From: Candidatus Marinacidobacterales bacterium
GTDB lineage: Bacteria; Acidobacteriota; Vicinamibacteria; Marinacidobacterales; SMYC01
Assembly (NCBI GenBank): GCA_965247365.1
Contig: CBDFHB010000001.1
Span: forward strand, 598,221 to 662,220
DNA length: 64,000 nucleotides
Direction of reading: 5' to 3'
How positions within the stretch are numbered: position 1 is the stretch's first letter; each line of letters begins with the position of its first letter. A model generated the notes under the pieces. It was given only the letters and a program-made list of their open reading frames with translations. It made no database searches and had not been told where the DNA came from. Positions 58,030 through 64,000 of the stretch are shown here, one piece after another. A program made the position numbers and the translations under genes.

Positions 58030-58407
58030 ATGGCTTTCGAGGTGTTCGAAGGGAAGCGCCACAGGGGCTTCAGGGGCTACAAGGGCGGAATGTATCCAGC
58101 CTGCTCGCTTGTGATGGGAAGAACGATCACCATGAACCGAGCAGCTTACGAAGCGTTGACCAATGGTGACGACTCGGTACACGTGGAGCTTCTCTTTGAT
58201 CGAGAGTCCCACACAGTCGGCATACGCCGGACGGAGCCGGGGCCGCGCACGTATCCCGTCTGTGTTTCCAAGAGCAAGGCTTATGTTGTCGCCGCGGCGG
58301 CATTCATCAAGTTTTACGGATTGCCGACGGTCAGCACGGGAAGGATTGACGCCACGATGAGCGACGGGATTCTCTCCTTTCCGGCACCCATTGAACCCAA
58401 CGAGTAA
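58030..58407 (+). CDS. Phage hypothetical protein
   Basis: RBS GGAGG; MAFEVF...VELLFDRESHTVGIR. Confidence 0.65.
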   Translation: MAFEVFEGKRHRGFRGYKGGMYPACSLVMGRTITMNRAAYEALTNGDDSVHVELLFDRESHTVGIRRTEPGPRTYPVCVSKSKAYVVAAAAFIKFYGLPTVSTGRIDATMSDGILSFPAPIEPNE

Positions 58408-58428
58408 ATAAAGAAAGGAGAAAAACGA

Positions 58429-58725
58429 ATGTCAATAGCAGAAAAAGATACTCCGATTCTTGTCACCACCGAGCATCGCGGCGTGTTCTTTGGATATTTC
58501 GACTCCTCCGAATCAGCAGGGGAGATCGTCACGCTGACGAAAGCACGGAATGTCCTTTACTGGTCCGAAGACACGAAAGGTTTCATGGGTCTCGCATCGA
58601 TGGGGCCAATGCCCGGAAGTCGGGTAGGGCCGAGCGTGGAGAGTATGCGCCTGCACGGCGTGACGGCGGTCCTGCGGGTCAGTGACGAAGCGGTGAAGTG
58701 TTGGGAGTCGGCACCGTGGAGCTAG
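58429..58725 (+). CDS. Phage hypothetical protein (DUF6948-like)
   Basis: LVTTEHRGVFFG, ARNVLYWS, GLAS.GP; RBS AAGGAG. Confidence 0.7.
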   Translation: MSIAEKDTPILVTTEHRGVFFGYFDSSESAGEIVTLTKARNVLYWSEDTKGFMGLASMGPMPGSRVGPSVESMRLHGVTAVLRVSDEAVKCWESAPWS

Positions 58726-59060
58726 AAGAGCCCACGATCACCCAAGAGATGCTAGAGCAGGCGCGGTTCCATGGAGCCTGCGCGGAGCGCCTCTCCCGCT
58801 ACACGGTCGGTATGCCGTTGGTTGCGGTCAAGCAGGACGATTTGATGTGGGTGGAGCAAAACGCACCGTATCTCGCACGGCAGTTGGAAGCCAAGATCGA
58901 GCCGCTGGAGTCTTTGATCTTCGGCAAGCTCAGGCTCTCCGATATCAGCACGGCTAAAGGCGACGGCTACGGCTACGGCGACGGCTACGGCTACGGCTAC
59001 GGCTACGGCGACGGCGACGGCTACGGCGACGGCTACGGCGACGGCTACGTTCCCGACTGA
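58716..59060 (+). CDS. Phage protein with a C-terminal G(D/Y) repeat tail
   Basis: ITQEML...HGAC...GDGYGYGDGYGYGYGYGDGDGYGDGYGDGY. Confidence 0.65.
   Translation: MELEEPTITQEMLEQARFHGACAERLSRYTVGMPLVAVKQDDLMWVEQNAPYLARQLEAKIEPLESLIFGKLRLSDISTAKGDGYGYGDGYGYGYGYGDGDGYGDGYGDGYVPD
58959..59048 (+). repeat. 15 x GGC(G/T)AC hexamer tandem array
   Basis: Only position 4 of the hexamer varies. Confidence 0.95.
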
Positions 59061-59109
59061 AAAGGCGAATGGGTGCCACCGATCTCTTTGATGGGGTGAG
59101 TGAGAGCCA

Positions 59110-59226
59110 GTGAGGACACGCGACGATCGCCGGACCCTCGACAGCTTCGGCGTCTTTGTTTTGACGCTGAACGTGGTGGGCTGGGCAACGCTGCTTATCG
59201 TCGTCTGGATGTGGTGGTGGCGATGA
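59110..59226 (+). CDS. 38-aa single-TM phage peptide (not in ORF track)
   Basis: GTG start; MRTRDDRRTLDSFGVFVLTLNVVGWATLLIVVWMWWWR; stop ATGA-coupled to the next gene. Confidence 0.55.
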   Translation: MRTRDDRRTLDSFGVFVLTLNVVGWATLLIVVWMWWWR

Positions 59227-59780
59227 CGATACAGCGAAGGCTCGATTTCTCGGGCGAGACCTCGACAGAACAGCCTGTAGTACGCGTACCTTTGGCTTCT
59301 CAGGGGTCTTTGACAGGCGAGACGGCATCTGCGCCCTGTGGCTATTGCGGAAGGCTTATACGCCGTCTAGGTCGCCCAAAGCGTAAACAGAAGTATTGCT
59401 CCGACGTGTGCCGGGTCGCGTCGTGGAAGGCGAAAGCCGAAGACGCGGAAGCGGAAAAGAAACGTCTTAAGGCGCTGGCCGCCGAAAAATGCCGCGAAGA
59501 GATCAAGATCGCGCGTTGGGCCGCGCTGAGGGTTCTCGGGCGGTACGGGGTCTGTACCGTCTCGCACGTGCGCGAGTACTTGGAGGAGCGGGGGATCCAT
59601 CTCTCATGGGCTCTCAACTGGCCCGGGTCGCTGTTCCAGGCCTCGCCGTGGTTCGAGCCGACGGGTGCGCGACGGACGACGTTTCACGCGGAGGCCAACT
59701 TCCGAAAGGTCAACGAGTACCGGCTTAGCGCTCTCGGGCGCGACGCCTTGGAGTCGATTCGGGAGGCGATGGGCCCGTGA
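59223..59780 (+). CDS. Phage Zn-finger hypothetical protein
   Basis: CGYCG...KYCSDVCR. Confidence 0.65.
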   Translation: MTIQRRLDFSGETSTEQPVVRVPLASQGSLTGETASAPCGYCGRLIRRLGRPKRKQKYCSDVCRVASWKAKAEDAEAEKKRLKALAAEKCREEIKIARWAALRVLGRYGVCTVSHVREYLEERGIHLSWALNWPGSLFQASPWFEPTGARRTTFHAEANFRKVNEYRLSALGRDALESIREAMGP

Positions 59781-60883
59781 GCGCCATCGTGGTGTCGCAC
59801 CCCGGCCGAAAGGAGGAAACGCGCGTGTTTTTACCGGAAGGATGGATCTGTCTCCACCGCCGCATCCAGCAGAATCCGCTCTGGTACAGGGAGCGGTTTA
59901 CTCCCGGCCAGGCATGGGTCGACCTGCTTCTGTCCGCGGCGTACAAGCGTCACACGGTGCAACTGAAACGTTCGAGCGCGGTGCTTGTCATCGAAAGAGG
60001 ACAGATCCTGACCTCCCAAGCGAGGCTTGCCGAGCTCTGGCAGTGGGATCGGAAGACGATTCGCGGGTTTTTGCGTGGTCTCGAACGTGCCCGCATGCTC
60101 CTCATCCAAACGACCAAGGCCGGTCCCAATGGCTATACATTATTAAGTGTCCTGAACTACGACGCTTATCAGAGCGTCACCGGAAACCCTCCCCTATCAG
60201 ATTCCACGTCTGGCCCCCATTACGATTCCCCTATTACTCCCCAATTACTCCCCATAACTAACAAAGAGAACAAAGAAAACAAGAAAGATCTCTCTAAGAA
60301 ACACTGTGCTGGTAATACAGATCTAGCTACTAAGAAGCATGCGGACGAGCGTTTCGCTCGCCCGCCAGCTCACCCCGAGAAACGTTCAGGGCCGAGACGT
60401 CGACCGAAACCGCACGTGTACTGGGATCCCAAGCCGAAGTGGGTGAAGAAGCACCCGAGCCTCAAGACTGCGCAAATACGAATCGACCCGCAGCTTCTCT
60501 CGCAGTTAGAAGCGGACTACTCACGGGTCGACGTGCCCCAAGAGCTTCGGCGGATGAAGCAACACGCCCTCGCGAATCCGACTTGGGCGAGGACGAAGAA
60601 AGACTGGCGTCGCACATTCGGGAATTGGCTCCGCACAGCAGACGGCCGTTTCGACGACGAACGGTTCCGAGCGGCAGCGGCAGCGACTCGGGGGCGTCGG
60701 TCCGTCGTCGACACGGTCTACGAAACGCCTAAGGAGCGGTCAAAGCGAGAAGCCGAAGACCGCGAACGAATTACGGCGTGCCGCATAGACCACGAGAGAG
60801 ACGGCGTCAAAGGGCGGGGGTGGTTCTATTGCCCCGATGCGTGCGGATGGAAACGCCTGATTCGGGAGAGAGAGCCGACGTGA
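59777..60883 (+). CDS. Phage replication initiator / replisome organizer
   Basis: GWICLHRRIQ...AWVDLLLSA...IERGQILTS..RLAELWQW...NYDAYQ; internal iterons; C-terminal KDWRRTFGNWL. Confidence 0.8.
   Translation: MSAIVVSHPGRKEETRVFLPEGWICLHRRIQQNPLWYRERFTPGQAWVDLLLSAAYKRHTVQLKRSSAVLVIERGQILTSQARLAELWQWDRKTIRGFLRGLERARMLLIQTTKAGPNGYTLLSVLNYDAYQSVTGNPPLSDSTSGPHYDSPITPQLLPITNKENKENKKDLSKKHCAGNTDLATKKHADERFARPPAHPEKRSGPRRRPKPHVYWDPKPKWVKKHPSLKTAQIRIDPQLLSQLEADYSRVDVPQELRRMKQHALANPTWARTKKDWRRTFGNWLRTADGRFDDERFRAAAAATRGRRSVVDTVYETPKERSKREAEDRERITACRIDHERDGVKGRGWFYCPDACGWKRLIREREPT
60190..60290 (+). repeat. Iteron-like repeats plus A-rich tract (putative phage origin)
   Basis: TCCCCTAT, CCCCCATTAC, TCCCCTATTAC, TCCCCAATTAC, TCCCCATAAC, then AACAAAG repeats. 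Confidence 0.7.
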
Positions 60884-61119
60884 GCGACTGGAGGTGCCGA
60901 AGGTGTAAGGGTTCGGGCATGTATCTTACCGACGATCGGATGGTCGTCTGCGAGTGTCTGGCCGGGCAGCGGCGCCGGGAGTACCTGGCGCTCACACCCG
61001 AGGAGCGGCGACAGAAGCTGCTGGCGGAACGGCGCAAGGCCCGTAAGCAGCATAAGCAAAAACGCAAGAACGAAAGCGAACCCAAACCCGAACGAGAGCA
61101 GGAGGAGATCCCGTTTTGA
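60880..61119 (+). CDS. Small Zn-binding phage protein ending in EEIPF
   Basis: GTG start; CRRCKGSG...CEC; basic helix; acidic IPF tail. Confidence 0.65.
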   Translation: MSDWRCRRCKGSGMYLTDDRMVVCECLAGQRRREYLALTPEERRQKLLAERRKARKQHKQKRKNESEPKPEREQEEIPF

Positions 61120-61637
61120 TTTTCATCGGGATTGACCCCGGCTTGAAGGGCGCGCTCGCGTCGATTCGAACCGTCTCCACCGGCATCGGCAGCCAGGGAT
61201 TGGATTGCGGCGCGTGGCCCGTCCCGCTGGTTCCGTCAGCGAAAGGTAAGAACCAGTACGACCTGCCCGCGCTCCGTGAGTGGCTTTTCGAGCAAGGCCC
61301 GCTCGCCGCGCTGTTCGCCACGGTGGAACAGTCGGGTCCGCTCCCGCCTAACGTGAAAGCGGGCTCGCTGGCGCAATACAACCGTGGCATCTCGGAAGGC
61401 TGGCTCTGGATGCTGACGGCTCTACGTATCGCGCACCAAGGCGTTCGCCCTAGAACGTGGCAGAAAGTCATGCACGCGGGAACCACGGGCGCGGACACGA
61501 AGCAAAAGTCGATCGTCGCCGCCAAGCGGTTGTTTCCTAACGCGAGCCTGAAGCGTACCGAGCGCTCGCGGAAGGATGACGACGGCATGGCCGAAGCACT
61601 TTTACTAGCCGAATACGGAAGGAGGACCTATGAGTAG
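61116..61637 (+). CDS. Phage RuvC-like Holliday junction resolvase
   Basis: FIGIDPGLKGA, VEQ, PRTWQK, DDGMAEALLLAEYG. Confidence 0.82.
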   Translation: MIFIGIDPGLKGALASIRTVSTGIGSQGLDCGAWPVPLVPSAKGKNQYDLPALREWLFEQGPLAALFATVEQSGPLPPNVKAGSLAQYNRGISEGWLWMLTALRIAHQGVRPRTWQKVMHAGTTGADTKQKSIVAAKRLFPNASLKRTERSRKDDDGMAEALLLAEYGRRTYE

Positions 61638-62103
61638 GCAATACGAAAAACAACTACCGGTGAAGCTCGATAGGGAGCAAGTCGTCGAGCATGGCCAGGA
61701 GATGGCCGCCAGCGCTCTCCTCGCCGCCCGCGTCGAGCTTGAGATCGACGAGGTGAAGGACGAGGCGCGGGGGAAGCTCAAAGAGATGAAAGAGGGCCTG
61801 GTAGAGATACGGGGGCGGCTGAAAAAGCTGGCTTTCGAGGTTCGCAAGGGCGAGGCCGTCCAGAGCGTACTCGTGGAGGCCCGATTCGCCTCGGACAACT
61901 CGTGCGTGGAGATCGTGAGACTCGACACCGGAGAAATCGTCGAAACCCGCCCACTCACGGAGGAGGACCGTCAGATGGAAATCGACGAAGTCCTCGACCG
62001 AATCGAGGAGGACTCCAAGTCGTCTGATGCTGAGCCGAGCACCGAAACGGAATCAGAGCCGGGCGAGTCGGATGAGCTCGGAGATGACGGTGAGAACGGG
62101 TGA
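61630..62103 (+). CDS. Phage hypothetical protein (coiled coil, acidic tail)
   Basis: LPVKLD...RLDTGEIVETRPLTEEDRQ; RBS AGGAGG. Confidence 0.7.
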   Translation: MSRQYEKQLPVKLDREQVVEHGQEMAASALLAARVELEIDEVKDEARGKLKEMKEGLVEIRGRLKKLAFEVRKGEAVQSVLVEARFASDNSCVEIVRLDTGEIVETRPLTEEDRQMEIDEVLDRIEEDSKSSDAEPSTETESEPGESDELGDDGENG

Positions 62104-62129
62104 GCTAAAGAAAAAAACGAGGTCATGAA

Positions 62130-62633
62130 GTGAGCAGCCGACAAGGCCAATTCGCCCTGAAGACCGACGTCCCCGTGTCACGCACGAAGGTCCATCTCGA
62201 ACAGCTCGTCCGGCAGAAGTACGGCGCGAGTCGTTTCGGCATCCTCGAAGGCGACGACCAGGTGCAGGTCGTCTTCTCCATCGACAAGCCGCCCCGAACA
62301 GTTCGTTTTTTCGTCAAGCTACCGTCGAAATTGGACCGACACGGCTACGCTCGGGTACAGCGCGAGGTCGAGCAAGAGACACGGTCGACGTGGCGGGCGC
62401 TGCTGTTGCTCGTCAAAGGCAAGCTCGAGGGTGTCGCGCGTGGGGTGGTCGAGTTCGACGAAGAGTTTTTCGCGCACATCGTCACTGAAAACGGCGCTAC
62501 GGTTTTCGAGCGCTTCCAGGCGGGCGAGCTGCCTTTCGCTCAGGGACCGCCCATGCTCACGGCCGGTGCGCCCCAAGAGCAAGAGGAAGCGGAAGCGGAA
62601 GACGTAATCGATGCGGAGGAGGTGTCGCCGTGA
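62130..62633 (+). CDS. Phage hypothetical protein
   Basis: TDVPVSRT...YGASRF...WRALLLLVKGKLE...FDEEFFAHIV..NG.TV. Confidence 0.7.
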   Translation: MSSRQGQFALKTDVPVSRTKVHLEQLVRQKYGASRFGILEGDDQVQVVFSIDKPPRTVRFFVKLPSKLDRHGYARVQREVEQETRSTWRALLLLVKGKLEGVARGVVEFDEEFFAHIVTENGATVFERFQAGELPFAQGPPMLTAGAPQEQEEAEAEDVIDAEEVSP

Positions 62634-62791
62634 AGACCGTCCGCATCGAGCTGTCGACCGTCATCCTGGCCGGGCTCTTTGTGTTCGTGCTCGGGATGTT
62701 CGCCGGCGTGTCCATCCGGTTCGAGCAGTCGGCGAGGACGGTCGAGAGCTACTTGGAGAGTCTCGGGCGAACGGCGGAGGAATTCCGGTAG
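62630..62791 (+). CDS. 53-aa single-TM phage protein (not in ORF track)
   Basis: GTG overlapping the previous stop; MKTVRIELSTVILAGLFVFVLGMFAGVSIRFEQ...; RBS GGAGG. Confidence 0.55.
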   Translation: MKTVRIELSTVILAGLFVFVLGMFAGVSIRFEQSARTVESYLESLGRTAEEFR

Positions 62792-62840
62792 AGGTTCCTA
62801 TTAGGGCAGGTGTTTTTTTCAAAGAAAGTGAGGGACAGAA

Positions 62841-63161
62841 ATGGAACGAATGTACCAGCAAGGCGATGTACTTCTGAAGCGGCGGGAGTCCCTGCCGAGC
62901 CACACCAAAAAGCTCAAGCCGAAAGCGCGGGGATGGGTAGTGGCGGAAGGCGAGGCAACGGGACACGCCCACGTGCTCGAGGTCCCGGGCGTCGAGCTGC
63001 GCGAAGACGACAACGGGGTCGTATGGGTGAACGTGAGCGAGGCTGCCGAGCTTCGTCACGAAGAGCACCACGCCCAGACGATTGCCCCCGGCGTCTACGA
63101 GGTGGGCATCGTGCGCGAAGTGGACCCGTTCACCGAGGAGATCCGCGAGGTGATGGATTGA
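62841..63161 (+). CDS. His-motif hypothetical protein (partner of the DUF6745-like gene)
   Basis: QQGDV, AEGEATGHAH, LRHEEH, PGVYEV..VRE. Confidence 0.75.
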   Translation: MERMYQQGDVLLKRRESLPSHTKKLKPKARGWVVAEGEATGHAHVLEVPGVELREDDNGVVWVNVSEAAELRHEEHHAQTIAPGVYEVGIVREVDPFTEEIREVMD

Positions 63162-64000
63162 CGGCTCGTATCGAGCGCCTCACGGAAGCGCAGACGGCCC
63201 GGCTTGCGGAATACGCGGAGCGGTGGACGAAAATCGGCCTGTGTACCGAGCCAATGGACCGGGAGCGAGCGAGGCTGGCGGTTCGTGCGATGTACGCGAG
63301 CGCGGGCTTGACTGAGCCAAGGATCATTTTCTGCGGCTCGCCGCTGGGAAACGCGCTTGCCAGAAGCAAGGCCGTGAACCCAGTTGCGGGTTCGGTCTTG
63401 GGCTCGGTCGGGGCCTCGGTCGGGAACTCGGCCATGGCCTCGGTCTGGGCCTCGGTCGGGAACTCGGTCTGGGCCTCGGTTGTGGCCTCGGTCTGGGGCT
63501 CGGTCTGGGCCTCGGTCAGGGTCTCGGTCTGGGGCTCGGTCGGGGCCTCGGTCTGGGGCTCGGTCGGGGACTCGGTCGGGGCCTCGGTCTGGGGCTCAAC
63601 TTACGGGCAGCACGACGCGGGCTGGGTTTCTTTCTATGCGTACTTCCGAGAAGTCTGCGGCCTGGTCGAACAGACGGAACCCCTTATCGGCCTGTTCGAG
63701 CTGGCGAAGAGCGCCGGCTGGGCACTTCCGTGCGAGCGCATCTGCTGGGTGTCCGAGCGGCACGACATTGTTCAACTGAACGCGGAAGGTCGTCTTCATT
63801 GCAACGATGGCCCGGCCATCCACTACCCCGATGGCTGGTCCATCTATGCCCTGAATGGCGTCGGTGTTCCCGAGTGGCTGGTAGAAACCCCAGTAACCGA
63901 TCTCGACGCCCGGAAATTCGCCGAGCTCGATAACGCCGAGGTACGGCGGGAATTCGTCCGCAAGGTGGGTATCGAGCGCATCGCGACGGAGCTCGGCGCC
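63158..64000 (+). CDS. DUF6745-like protein with SVxx tetrapeptide repeats (3' truncated by window)
   Basis: Manual translation from TTG 63158: IERLTEAQ...W..IGLCTEP.DR...(SVWA/SVGA)n...YGQHDAGW...GRLHCNDGPAIHYPDGW..YA.NGV...NAEVRR...GIER. Confidence 0.8.
   Translation, partial: MTARIERLTEAQTARLAEYAERWTKIGLCTEPMDRERARLAVRAMYASAGLTEPRIIFCGSPLGNALARSKAVNPVAGSVLGSVGASVGNSAMASVWASVGNSVWASVVASVWGSVWASVRVSVWGSVGASVWGSVGDSVGASVWGSTYGQHDAGWVSFYAYFREVCGLVEQTEPLIGLFELAKSAGWALPCERICWVSERHDIVQLNAEGRLHCNDGPAIHYPDGWSIYALNGVGVPEWLVETPVTDLDARKFAELDNAEVRREFVRKVGIERIATELGA
63392..63595 (+). repeat. 17 x 12-bp tandem repeat TCG-GTC-NNG-NNC
   Basis: Counted directly; near-invariant TCGGTC with variable 3rd and 4th codons. 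Confidence 0.95.

Larger units (their letters stand above)
53944..64000 (+). mobile_element. Prophage-like region (early, recombination and replication modules; continues beyond window)
   Basis: Abrupt junction, tRNA, then tightly coupled co-oriented genes: SSAP-like, exonuclease, NinB-like, replication initiator with iterons, RuvC-like resolvase, many small hypotheticals. Confidence 0.88.

Noticed and set aside
63392-63595. CRISPR array or a complete DGR
   Set aside because: Units are 12 bp, in frame and without spacers; no cas gene, reverse transcriptase or template repeat is in the window.

Overview
GC-rich bacterial chromosome segment from a diderm. LptD, tilS-hpt-ftsH-folP-cdaA-cdaR-glmM, yggS-divIVA and the futalosine menaquinone genes suggest Acidobacteriota or a delta-proteobacterial relative; this taxon call is inference only. 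Bases 1 to ~53,940 are mostly core genes: yebC-ruvC-ruvA split from ruvB by a MutS-like gene and feoAB, then mqn genes, gpsA, the tilS..glmM operon, lepB, queD, a DinG helicase, glyA, nucleotide-sugar genes, lptD and polA, ending in a sigma54-type REC-GGDEF / CHASE2-kinase / REC signalling cluster. At ~53,944 a LysM-like gene breaks off and a phage-like early/replication region runs to the window end. Main oddities: (1) a radical SAM gene that reads through UGA into a CUAEP selenocysteine tail with a SECIS-like hairpin, next to NfuA and an ATP-grasp ligase; (2) two apparent pseudo-enzymes (Hpt, PdxJ) kept in a core operon; (3) an orphan SbnI/SerK-like kinase; (4) a phage leader with an initiator-type tRNA-Met with a 9-nt anticodon loop, two boxA-like repeats and a 28-bp repeat that is an antisense sigma70 promoter; (5) phage repeat proteins whose DNA units vary almost only at non-synonymous positions. 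Two +1 frameshifts (pdxJ, histidine kinase) may be sequencing errors. Family and DUF names are from motif recognition and memory, not database searches.
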